Shown here piece by piece: positions 20,698-29,588 of a DNA stretch of 64,000 nt. A program made the position numbers and the translations under genes. The first letter of the stretch is position 1. Every line of letters begins with the position of its first letter. Where the stretch lies: contig OZ242320.1 of NCBI GenBank assembly GCA_965208125.1, forward strand, positions 672,001 through 736,000. Reading direction: 5' to 3'. Under the pieces are notes generated by a model that was not told the origin of the DNA, made no database searches, and saw only the letters and a program-made list of their open reading frames with translations. The stretch is from Candidatus Latescibacterota bacterium (GTDB lineage Bacteria > Latescibacterota > UBA2968).

Positions 20698-21507
20698 CTA
20701 TCGCCCCTGAAAATCCGGCTTGCGCTTCTCCATAAATGCCGCGCGGCCCTCTTTGTAATCCTCACTCGCAAAACAGGCATCGATAATCCGCTGGCACAAA
20801 TCGAGATCGCGCTCATCCGCATCTTTGCCAATCTCTGCAATAATCTGCTTGGTTGCCCTGATCGTAAGCGGCGCATTGCCCGCAATAGTCTCTGCATAAT
20901 CATCCACATAAGCGTCTAACTCATCCCGCGACAAAACCCGGTTAATCAGGCCCATGTGATACGCCTCAGAAGCATTAAACCGGCGCGCCGTAAACAAAAT
21001 CTCGCACGCATTGGCAGGACCCACCAGACCCACAAGTGGTTTGAGCGCACCGTACCCATACCCCAGACCCAGCTTCGCAGCGGGAATGGCAAAAGACGAA
21101 TCATCGGACGCAATCCGCAAATCGCAACACAGCGCAGTAGCAAGCCCCCCGCCAATACAATACCCCGCAATTTTGGCAATCGTGGGCTTGAGCACCTGCG
21201 CGAGCTTCTCATAAGCGCGTCCCATAGTCGCATTATACACCTCCACCGCATCTGCCGTCCCGCGTTGCGCTTCAAACTGCGAAATATCCGCCCCCGCAGA
21301 AAACGCCCTGCCGCCCGCGCCCGAAAGCACAATAACGCGAACAGCATCATCCGATTCAAAATCGTCAATCGCCCGCGCCATACCCTGCCACATCTCATAA
21401 GAAATGGCATTGTGTTTCTCCGGCTGATTCAGGCGAATATGTCCAACACCGCCATCTTTTTGCACAATAATTTTATCCGTCATTGAATCCCTCACAGAGA
21501 ACATCAA
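20698..21507 (-). CDS. Enoyl-CoA hydratase/isomerase
   Basis: AFSAGADI, GYCIGGG, CDLRIA, SEDYKEGRAAFMEKRKP. Confidence 0.93.
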   Translation of the reverse strand: MMFSVRDSMTDKIIVQKDGGVGHIRLNQPEKHNAISYEMWQGMARAIDDFESDDAVRVIVLSGAGGRAFSAGADISQFEAQRGTADAVEVYNATMGRAYEKLAQVLKPTIAKIAGYCIGGGLATALCCDLRIASDDSSFAIPAAKLGLGYGYGALKPLVGLVGPANACEILFTARRFNASEAYHMGLINRVLSRDELDAYVDDYAETIAGNAPLTIRATKQIIAEIGKDADERDLDLCQRIIDACFASEDYKEGRAAFMEKRKPDFQGR

Positions 21508-22691
21508 ACGACATTCTCCTCTTTCATAGTCGCAATTTCATCTTCCGAAAACCCAAACTCGCGCAAAATCTCATCCGTATGCTCACCCCGTTCGGGCGAC
21601 GCCCTGTAGGGCAAGTCTGACGCATTACTCAAATTAGTTGCATTCCTCACCACCTCATAATCCCCCATAACGCTGTGATTCACTGAACGCGACATTTTCA
21701 AGTGCATAACCTGCGGATCGGACCACATCTCATCCATCTTATAAATCGGCCCACACGGCACACCCGCTTCATTCAGCGCATCAATCCAATAGGCACTATC
21801 TCGCCCTACAAAATACTTTTGCAAATGCTCGTTTAGCGCATCCCGATTTGTCAACCGCACTCCGCCATTAATAAACCTCTCATCCCTGTACAAATCTCCA
21901 GCACCCAGCACATCGCACAAACGCTGCCACATAAGCTCCCCGCTACAGGCAATATTGATATACCCATCGCGGGTCTGAAACACCCCCGTCGGAATACTCG
22001 TAGGATGATTATTACCCGCCTGCTCGGGCACCTCATTTGCAATCAACCATCGCGCCGCCTGAAAATCCAGCATCGCAATCTGAGCTTCCAGCAATGACGT
22101 ATGCACCCACTGACCCTCCCCGGTCTCCTCGCGCTGAAGCAAAGCAGTGAGAATACCAATAGCGGTGTACAAACCCGAAGCGAGATCTGCAATCGGCACC
22201 CCAACGCGCACCGGCCCCTGCCCCGGCAAACCCGTAATCCACATTAACCCCCCCATACCCTGTGCAATCTGATCAAAACCCGGGCGCAATCTATACGGCC
22301 CCTCCTGCCCAAATCCCGAAATACTCGCGTACACAATACCCGAATTCTCTCTCTTACACCTCTCATACCCAATGTCAAGGCGATCTTTCACATCGGGCCT
22401 AAAATTCTCCACCACCACATCCGCGCGCTTAACCATGCGGAAAAACGCCTCGCGCCCCGCATCGGCTTTGAGATTCAAAGTCATCCCGCGTTTGTTTCTG
22501 TGCAAATTCTGAAAATCCGGCCCGTGACGCGGTCCCCCCATGGTCTTCGCCTCGTCAATATTCTCAGGCGGCTCAATTTTAATAATATTCGCCCCCCAAT
22601 CCGCAAGCTGACGCACAGCAGTGGGACCCGCACGCACGCGGGTCAAATCGAGCACAGTAAAACGGGCGAGAGGTGCATGTCCATTTTTCAT
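21504..22691 (-). CDS. Class III CoA-transferase (CaiB/BaiF)
   Basis: VLDLTRVRAGP, RNKRG, DVVVENFRP, ISGFG. Confidence 0.95.
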   Translation of the reverse strand: MKNGHAPLARFTVLDLTRVRAGPTAVRQLADWGANIIKIEPPENIDEAKTMGGPRHGPDFQNLHRNKRGMTLNLKADAGREAFFRMVKRADVVVENFRPDVKDRLDIGYERCKRENSGIVYASISGFGQEGPYRLRPGFDQIAQGMGGLMWITGLPGQGPVRVGVPIADLASGLYTAIGILTALLQREETGEGQWVHTSLLEAQIAMLDFQAARWLIANEVPEQAGNNHPTSIPTGVFQTRDGYINIACSGELMWQRLCDVLGAGDLYRDERFINGGVRLTNRDALNEHLQKYFVGRDSAYWIDALNEAGVPCGPIYKMDEMWSDPQVMHLKMSRSVNHSVMGDYEVVRNATNLSNASDLPYRASPERGEHTDEILREFGFSEDEIATMKEENVV

Positions 22692-22706
22692 AACACAAGT
22701 AACTCC

Positions 22707-23513
22707 TCAATAACTTACGCTTTGCACACCCGGCGGCATCTTAGGCGGCAGAGGTTGAACAATCTTACGTCGTTCAGGCGTCAACCGCGCAATCAACTCG
22801 GGCGAAGGCTGATAGCCATATCGGTCATTGCCCCAGTGCGGACCATAGCGAATAATAGCAACGCGTCGTTCCCCCGTGCGCGTGCGCTCTGACGAACCGT
22901 GCGCCATACAATCCACAAAAAAAATCGCATCACCCGCGTCGAGCTGAATCTGAACAGCCGCCTCAACGCGATCCAGCGAATGCCCACTACCCGTACCCTC
23001 GGGATCCTCAAACGCGGGATGAAGCAAATTGGACTTATGCGAACCGGGAATCGCCATCGTCGCCCCATCGCCATCCCCAATATCGTTAAGCGCCAGCAAA
23101 ATATTGATCTGCCCACACCGAAACTGATTGTTGTGAAAGCGAAACTGCGTGCGGATGCGCCGCTTGTGCGCGCCCGAATGAATGCGCGTCGCACCGCCCC
23201 GAGACCGAATATCAATAAATGACTCATCTATAAAAAGACCGTCATCCCCACCGACAAAGCGCCCCATGTGATGAACCCACGATGGATGGTCAATCAAGCG
23301 TTCAAAAGGTTCACCCATCTCAAAAATATTGTGCAAATGTCGTGGCCCCCCGCTCCGATGAACCCACCCCCGCCATCCATCGGGTTCGAGATCGTCATAC
23401 GTATCGATAATCTCATTGAGTTCGACGAGATGTTCGGCATCCACGGCATTTTTCAGCACAATATAGCCGCGCAAATCAAAAAGATATTCCTCCATTTCAG
23501 TCGGTCGCATCAT
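22707..23513 (-). CDS. Phytanoyl-CoA dioxygenase (PhyH) family protein
   Basis: GYIVLKNAV, GATMAIPGSHK, AGDAIFF..HGS. Confidence 0.85.
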   Translation of the reverse strand: MMRPTEMEEYLFDLRGYIVLKNAVDAEHLVELNEIIDTYDDLEPDGWRGWVHRSGGPRHLHNIFEMGEPFERLIDHPSWVHHMGRFVGGDDGLFIDESFIDIRSRGGATRIHSGAHKRRIRTQFRFHNNQFRCGQINILLALNDIGDGDGATMAIPGSHKSNLLHPAFEDPEGTGSGHSLDRVEAAVQIQLDAGDAIFFVDCMAHGSSERTRTGERRVAIIRYGPHWGNDRYGYQPSPELIARLTPERRKIVQPLPPKMPPGVQSVSY

Positions 23514-24184
23514 TCTCCCCTAAGAATATTGCACAACTCCGATAAACTGCTAATCTCATAATCAGGCTCCGGAATATCGTCCCGCCGCACCGCCCCATCC
23601 CGGTTGAGCCATGCAATGGAAATACCAGCCCGCCTTGCACCCACAATATCGTCCTCCTGAGAATCGCCGACATACAGAGTCTGATCGGGATCGGCACCGA
23701 GAGCCTCAAACGCAGAAAAGAAAATATCGGGATTCGGCTTATAACACCGCGCGGACTCCGAACTAACCACAACCGGAAAACTCAGATCATTAGCACGCAA
23801 AGCAGACGTGAGATGCCCGTGATCCGCATTGGAAATCACACCAATTTTCACATCGGGCAAAGCATCAATAGCCGGTTTCACATCGCAAAACAAGGGCGTG
23901 CGACCAAAAGCGTCAAAAAGATCTGCCGTATAAGACTCGGGATTCGCCCGCACACTCAAATCGGCAAACGTCTTCTCCAGACCAATAATATGCGCGTCCC
24001 AAAACGTGATAAAATCCCCCTCTCTCAACAGGGGGAAAAAGTAGCGATCCCAGTGATCGAGAAACGCCTCCTTACTCATATCGATCTGCAAATCATCGAC
24101 AATAATCTGACACGTCTCATACAGCGCATCAAAAGCCTTATCAAAAAGCGTCCCATACCCATCAAAAAAAATCGTCCCGTACAT
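23510..24184 (-). CDS. HAD-family hydrolase
   Basis: FDGYGTL, ISNAD, YKPNP, YVGDSQEDD. Confidence 0.9.
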   Translation of the reverse strand: MYGTIFFDGYGTLFDKAFDALYETCQIIVDDLQIDMSKEAFLDHWDRYFFPLLREGDFITFWDAHIIGLEKTFADLSVRANPESYTADLFDAFGRTPLFCDVKPAIDALPDVKIGVISNADHGHLTSALRANDLSFPVVVSSESARCYKPNPDIFFSAFEALGADPDQTLYVGDSQEDDIVGARRAGISIAWLNRDGAVRRDDIPEPDYEISSLSELCNILRGE

Positions 24185-24930
24185 TACCGATAATCCTCCG
24201 CATCCCCCTCGGGTTCAAAACCGAGCACATCGCGCGCATGCGTCATATCTCGATAGCTGTATTTATTATTCGAAACCACATAAAAAATATCAAACTTGAG
24301 ATCATCAGACACCTCAATACACGACTCGACCATGCCAGCAATCGTACTTTGACTGCACCACACAGAATAACCGCGCGTACCATTGGGCTGATCCTCTGCA
24401 TTCACCGCACCAATGCGAAGACAAATAACAGACAGATCCGTACTATCGGCATAATGCCGCGCCAAAGCCTCGCCCCAGACCTTTGTACACCCGTAAATCC
24501 CGCGCGGGCGCGTAGGCGTCTGGTGGGAAAATTTATCCCAACTCTCGGGCACCTCATCGTATCGCCCCGACACAATCGCACCATACGGCGAATCGTTCTC
24601 CCAACCCGCTGTCACCGACCCGCTACTGGCAAAAATAACGCGCTTGACCCCGGCGCGGAGCGCCGCTTCAAAAACATTATAAGTCCCCACGATATTATGC
24701 GCGACAAACCCCTCAAAATCGCTTCTAATCGCAGCAGCCAGATGCACAACCGTATCAATCCCCTCAAACGCCGGGCAAATCGCATCAAAATCCGAAATAT
24801 CAGCCCGACGACAATCCACGTCAGCCACATCGCGGCGATTGAGCGCGCGAAGCTCATACTTCCCCTCGAGTTGCTCGCGAACAGCCCCGCCAATAAGCCC
24901 ACTCATGCCCGTAATAAGAATTTTTTTCAT
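24184..24930 (-). CDS. NAD-dependent epimerase/dehydratase (uronate dehydrogenase-like)
   Basis: ITGMSGLIG, VHLAA, FASS, YGCTK, CLRIG. Confidence 0.88.
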   Translation of the reverse strand: MKKILITGMSGLIGGAVREQLEGKYELRALNRRDVADVDCRRADISDFDAICPAFEGIDTVVHLAAAIRSDFEGFVAHNIVGTYNVFEAALRAGVKRVIFASSGSVTAGWENDSPYGAIVSGRYDEVPESWDKFSHQTPTRPRGIYGCTKVWGEALARHYADSTDLSVICLRIGAVNAEDQPNGTRGYSVWCSQSTIAGMVESCIEVSDDLKFDIFYVVSNNKYSYRDMTHARDVLGFEPEGDAEDYR

Positions 24931-24976
24931 GTGTTATCTCCCTGAATGTTTCACCTCTCTATAAAATCACATCAGC

Positions 24977-25047
24977 GGGCGACCACAGGGGGTCGCCCCT
25001 ACAAACACGACAATATCATCGTAGGGGAAGGCCCCTGTACCGTCCCC
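24977..25047. repeat. GTAG-family REP doublet
   Basis: gggcgaccacagggggtcgcccCTAC and GTAGgggaaggcccctgtaccgtcccc. Confidence 0.75.
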
Positions 25048-25178
25048 AGTAGTCAGCCCTTGTAGCATCCTCAATGAGGATACATTGAGAATCGGAATTT
25101 ATCAAGACCGATTTTGCTTGTGGTTCTCTCTTCTTATGCCCGAAGACAAATCCATTGAACCACCAATGAGACCCTAAT

Positions 25179-25216
25179 AAAAAAAGCCCAACGGTTTGGA
25201 AGAGGCCGTTGGGCTT
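25179..25216 (-). terminator. Intrinsic terminator
   Basis: aagcccaacgg..ccgttgggc followed by a T run on the minus strand. Confidence 0.7.
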
Positions 25217-25282
25217 CACCTAAAAGATAAGGACCGATCACACCCTTAGCTGCTTTTCAATTACAGACGCCTGAGTAACTGG

Positions 25283-25528
25283 TCATAGTCCGCATGCGAT
25301 CCTATCCAATGAAAAAACATCATCAAGTGGCACCATATCACCCGCAGCAACTTCCCTTCTTACTCCTTTAGCCAAACGATCCCACTCCTCATCAGTTGTG
25401 GCCTCAAAACGTTCTGTCCAGGCCTGATCATCTTTCAGATCAGCTATAATACGTGCGGCAATGGCATCCCGTTGGTCTTGCGGCAGTTTTTGAATCTCTG
25501 CGACTACCTGTTCAAGTAAATCAGCCAT
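25283..25528 (-). CDS. Small acidic putative antitoxin (orphan)
   Basis: LLEQVVAEIQKLPQDQRDAIAARIIADL..W..RF, typical of antitoxins paired with RelE/ParE-like toxins. Confidence 0.6.
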   Translation of the reverse strand: MADLLEQVVAEIQKLPQDQRDAIAARIIADLKDDQAWTERFEATTDEEWDRLAKGVRREVAAGDMVPLDDVFSLDRIACGL

Positions 25529-25746
25529 TTCTGTGACTCCCTGCATAAATGCTCTGCTGACTTAAAATATAACTTCAAATAACAATATTAACCAGATAGA
25601 TTTCTTGTCAGCGACTATAAAGTGCAGGTAGTTATGGGGATTAGGATTATGTATTTTTGAGACTTATATCCCCATGACCACCTGAAATAAGCCCGTTGAT
25701 CGGCTGTGATTAACGGGCTTGTTGTGTTATACTTGAGATGGCCAAG

Positions 25747-25782
25747 TTAGAATGAGATATGCGCGCCGAGCCAAAGGGTCAT
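25747..25782 (-). pseudogene. N-terminal remnant of a DUF5615 PIN-like toxin
   Basis: ATGA overlap with the DUF433 stop; MTLWLGAHISF then stop. Confidence 0.55.
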
Positions 25783-26003
25783 GCAGCGAGGACCGGATGG
25801 TTAAGCCGATTACTGGCAAATCGCAGACAGGCGCGGATGTCCTCAGGCTTAAGATCTGGATGTTCAGATATAATTTGTTCACGAGTCAAGTCATGAGCGA
25901 GCAGATCCAGCACATCCGTGACGCGAATCCGCATACCCCGAATACAGGGTCGTCCCCCGCACTGATTGGGATTGACCGTGATACGATCTGTTAGAGTAGC
26001 CAT
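25779..26003 (-). CDS. DUF433 antitoxin-like protein
   Basis: RITVNPNQCGGRPCIRGMRIRVTDVLDLLA. Confidence 0.92.
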   Translation of the reverse strand: MATLTDRITVNPNQCGGRPCIRGMRIRVTDVLDLLAHDLTREQIISEHPDLKPEDIRACLRFASNRLNHPVLAA

Positions 26004-26111
26004 AGCTGTCCTTTCTTCCACAAAATAGCTCCCTGTATGAAATGCTCTGATTATAGGACTATTTTTTAGCTGAGACCCTCAACTAACTCCCGCTGGCGAT
26101 TTTCTCAGACA

Positions 26112-26333
26112 TTACGGCCCTGTTGGCTTGCCCAGTCGCCGTTGTTCCGCTTCCCATTGGAGCGCAGCCTCTTGAGTGGTGCGAAAACCGACCTGAAAAA
26201 TGTGGCCCCTGTCCCAACCGGGTTTTCGCTGGTGCTCGGCCTCGCGGCGATCAAGATCTCTGGTGATGCCCGTGTGGACAATGCGATTGCCCAACTTAAA
26301 GTGGTATTTGTAAACGGTTCTGCTGGTTGCCAT
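26112..26333 (-). CDS. Minimal GIY-YIG-like nuclease-fold protein
   Basis: YKY..VHTGITRDLDRREAEH..AALQWE; SD GGAGG. Confidence 0.65.
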   Translation of the reverse strand: MATSRTVYKYHFKLGNRIVHTGITRDLDRREAEHQRKPGWDRGHIFQVGFRTTQEAALQWEAEQRRLGKPTGP

Positions 26334-26337
26334 GTTG

Positions 26338-26850
26338 TTAAACCTCCACAATAAATTCCTCGCTTAAAATGATACAGTATTCCACGAATTTTTCACAGTC
26401 TAACAATGCGCGAGTCGCTTGTTGTCCCCTTCTTCCTCTTCGTCTTCCTCGAACAGTGATTGTTCCTTTATAGTAATCTGCCTTCCAGGTGCCCTCAAGA
26501 GTGCTTTCTTCATCATCGGGATCGTAAGAAAGAATTTCTACAGCGTGGATGATAGCGTTACACGCAGTGCGAAAATTCAGATCACCATAGCCTCTATGTG
26601 GAAAATTATTACAGTATTGTCCACATATCTGTGCCCCTATAGCGTGGTTTTTGATATCAAGCAACTGGCGAGTCGCTATAGCTATCCATATCAATAGCCT
26701 ATTGACTTCGTTGTCATGGTTAATTTCGGACAAATTTCTGAAATTCGCATTCATCGCAACTTTTTCGTCTGCCAACAACAAGGTAAGCAGTTGGTAAAGG
26801 TCACGACGATAGGAAGGAATGTTTATGATAGGGGATTCGTCTTGGACCAT
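26338..26850 (-). CDS. Hypothetical protein (AT-rich)
   Basis: 170-aa ORF with LNFRTACNAIIHA motif, ending 4 bp before the GIY-YIG-like gene. Confidence 0.65.
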   Translation of the reverse strand: MVQDESPIINIPSYRRDLYQLLTLLLADEKVAMNANFRNLSEINHDNEVNRLLIWIAIATRQLLDIKNHAIGAQICGQYCNNFPHRGYGDLNFRTACNAIIHAVEILSYDPDDEESTLEGTWKADYYKGTITVRGRRRGRRGQQATRALLDCEKFVEYCIILSEEFIVEV

Positions 26851-27022
26851 TCTCTACTTCTCTATCAGGATGATTGACAATTATAGAATACTGGGGCTAT
26901 TCAAAGCGTTTCGCTTATACAACCATTTTTCTTTATTAGAGCAGCAAAGGGATTAGTTCAGGTCGATTTCATCTGCGGCGGCGTAACCTTCCCTTGTGAC
27001 TTCAAACATTTCGAAAAGGGAA

Positions 27023-27073
27023 TTATCCCTTTCGCAATTCTTTGATGCGGAATCTACGTCTTCTCGACGGCAT
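27023..27073 (-). pseudogene. N-terminal remnant of an RloB-like gene
   Basis: SD GAGGA then MPSRRRRFR followed by an early stop, directly after an RloA-like ATPase. Confidence 0.5.
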
Positions 27074-27119
27074 CAGTCCGTTCCTCTATTTTTTTCGGAT
27101 TATGAAGATTTGCAAATAA

Positions 27120-28418
27120 TCATCCTGGCGAGATGCGAGGGATACCTCCCATCCGCCCCTGCAAATAACTTTTCCGAATATCCTTGTCATAACGAACATC
27201 TTTGTACTCGCTAAAAGAAAACAGACTCGACACACCAGCCTCATCCCTTTCCGCCGCCCACATTTCGTCCCGACGCAACAACTGCTGATCCATCAGCATA
27301 ACATTATGGGTCGTCAGCAGCAATTGCATCCGAGTCTCCTCAGAACAACTATCCAGATATAGCTCAAGCAATTGGCGAATCAGCAGGGGATGCAGACTGC
27401 GTTCAATGTCATCAATAATATAAACTCTCTGCGACACTTGTGCTGAAAGCTCGAGAAAGGCGGGCAGTAGATCGATAACTCGTTGCGAACCATCCGATTC
27501 CTGATAAATCTCAAATCTGGCCTCTGTACCATCCGATTTTGGGTGGAAAGTGACCGGTCTTTTTGCGATTAACTCTCCATCCTTGCGAGTAACCACGATG
27601 CGATTGGTCTGCGGTTCCATCAGCAACCGAACAGCCATGCCTTCTTTGACCTCTTCCTGAAGCTCTGTCTTTAATGGCTCGGGAATCGATATATTTTCTA
27701 ATGGAATTTCTTCACTGCCAAGATGGGAAATTCCGGTATCGAGCCGTGGCAACATCTCGTTCATAGCCGCGTAAAGTGGATGTCCCTCATCGAGAAATAT
27801 CTCGAAAAGATCAAACCGCGAGTCGGGTGCCACCAGTACAAGCGTATTCTCAAACCAGTCATAGACCGGCCTGAAATAGTCGATATTTTGGGATACGGAG
27901 TTGGTCAAGAAAAGCTGATTGTCCCGGGTTCCCCTGAAAACGAATGGGAAGAAATCGTCTTTGGAGAGCGATTTGTCAAAGCTGAGTTCGCCGTCTCGTC
28001 GATCATAGAGCACTTTTTCACTCGTACTCGTTATCTTCACCAGTCTTTCTTCCCGCACCACCTTTTGGGTCACTGCAAAGCTAAAATCGTAGATGGTCTC
28101 ATCAATCAGCAACTCAAAAGCAAAGCGCGAAGGCTTACTGCTCCCCTCGGCCTCCAACCGAAATGTCTCAATTGGAATCAGGCTATCGGGTCTGGTACCT
28201 TTAATAACCAGCGTCTTGGCAAAATTTAGAGCCTTAAAAAAATTCGTCTTGCCCGATGCATTGCCGCCATAAATCGCCGCAATCGGAAGAACTCGCGTTT
28301 GGTACTTGCCGAGCTTTGGGACGCGTTCTCCATGCTGACGCTCTCGGCTGGCAACCATCGAAAAGGTGGTTGGGTCGCGGAAAGACATCCAGTTTTCTAC
28401 TGAGAAACTGATTATCAT
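27120..28418 (-). CDS. RloA/AbiEii-like AAA_21 ATPase
   Basis: [53 protein letters not shown]. Confidence 0.9.
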   Translation of the reverse strand: MIISFSVENWMSFRDPTTFSMVASRERQHGERVPKLGKYQTRVLPIAAIYGGNASGKTNFFKALNFAKTLVIKGTRPDSLIPIETFRLEAEGSSKPSRFAFELLIDETIYDFSFAVTQKVVREERLVKITSTSEKVLYDRRDGELSFDKSLSKDDFFPFVFRGTRDNQLFLTNSVSQNIDYFRPVYDWFENTLVLVAPDSRFDLFEIFLDEGHPLYAAMNEMLPRLDTGISHLGSEEIPLENISIPEPLKTELQEEVKEGMAVRLLMEPQTNRIVVTRKDGELIAKRPVTFHPKSDGTEARFEIYQESDGSQRVIDLLPAFLELSAQVSQRVYIIDDIERSLHPLLIRQLLELYLDSCSEETRMQLLLTTHNVMLMDQQLLRRDEMWAAERDEAGVSSLFSFSEYKDVRYDKDIRKSYLQGRMGGIPRISPG

Positions 28419-28572
28419 CTCACCACCTCCTAATGTGGTATTTTCGGTTTATATCATCTTAAATTTAGAGAATTTTAGCCATAAATCAAGGTAGATAGAG
28501 AAAAAATCTCTTTAAATACTTTTTTTACTAATGATCATCGGGTTGCAACCACAGAAACAGGTACAAAAAACA

Positions 28573-28623
28573 GGGCGACCACAAGGGTCGCCCCTACTGT
28601 CGCGGCAGGGATGCCGCTCCTAC
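28573..28623 (-). repeat. Two tandem GTAG-family REP elements
   Basis: Minus strand GTAGgagcggcatccctgccgcga and GTAGgggcgacccttgtggtcgccc. Confidence 0.75.
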
Positions 28624-28632
28624 GATTTAATT

Positions 28633-28667
28633 TTCCCACTTCCAACTTCTCCCTTCACACTTCTAAC
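28633..28667. repeat. Heptameric tandem repeat (5 x TTCNNNC) overlapping a stop codon
   Basis: ttcccac ttccaac ttctccc ttcacac ttctaac. Confidence 0.6.
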
Positions 28668-29575
28668 CCCACACCAAACGCCCTCTCAAATTCCTCCCAG
28701 AGATCGAGATCGACATCGGCAGTGGAATCGGAGAGCACCTCGTCGAGTTCGCGGGGAGAAGCCGGTCCCACAAGAAGCATGCCATTGCCATTTAAAGGTG
28801 CCGCCAGACAAAATTGCAGGGCGAATCGGCGAATACTAATGCCCCGCGCATTGCACCACTCCCACATCGCAACAGCGCGCTCTGCCTGTCCTGGATAGCG
28901 GCGACCAGACAACTCGGCATCGGGTCTGGGACCAGCCAGCAGGCCCATCCCCTGCACACTCGCCAGAATAAGACCCACATCGTGCTCAAGCGCGAGAGGA
29001 ATCGTCGTCTCCGCAGCTGTCTGACTCAGCAGCGTATAATCGAGAAACGTAATCACAATATCGCAAACCCCCGTCTCAATCGCGTAGCGGTGAAAATCGT
29101 GCGAACGACAGCCAATACCCGTATATCCAATCAACCCCTCGTCTCTCATCTTCAAAAGCTCATCCGAAGCAAATCCCGGTGAATAAACCTCTTCTATATC
29201 CCTCGGATCGTGGATAAGCAACGCATCGATATAATCCGTCTTGAGCTGTCTCAGACTATTTTCAACCGTCCACCGGATCGACTTCGCCGAAAAATCGTGC
29301 CGCCGATCCCGATGGGTACCCGCCTTAGTCTGCAAATAAACCTTCTCCCGGTACCCCCCTTGAAGCGCGAGACCCACACGCCGCTCGCTCTCGCCCCCGC
29401 CATAAGCAGCAGACGTATCGATAAAATTAATCCCCCGATCAATCGCCTCCCGCACAGTCGCGATCCCCTCGTCATCAGAGACCCGCTGCGGACTGCCGAG
29501 AAAAGCACAGCCAAGACCAATCGCTTTGGGTTTAAGTTCCGTGCGACCAAGACGTCGCGTTTCGAGTTCTGGCAT
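28655..29575 (-). CDS. Aldo/keto reductase
   Basis: GINFIDTSAAYGGGESE, SLRQLKTDYIDALLIHD. Confidence 0.92.
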   Translation of the reverse strand: MPELETRRLGRTELKPKAIGLGCAFLGSPQRVSDDEGIATVREAIDRGINFIDTSAAYGGGESERRVGLALQGGYREKVYLQTKAGTHRDRRHDFSAKSIRWTVENSLRQLKTDYIDALLIHDPRDIEEVYSPGFASDELLKMRDEGLIGYTGIGCRSHDFHRYAIETGVCDIVITFLDYTLLSQTAAETTIPLALEHDVGLILASVQGMGLLAGPRPDAELSGRRYPGQAERAVAMWEWCNARGISIRRFALQFCLAAPLNGNGMLLVGPASPRELDEVLSDSTADVDLDLWEEFERAFGVGLEV

Positions 29576-29588
29576 AGCATCTCCTTAT

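Noticed and set aside
25050-28500. Integron cassette array
   Set aside because: No convincing RYYYAAC..GTTRRRY attC sites and no integrase were seen.
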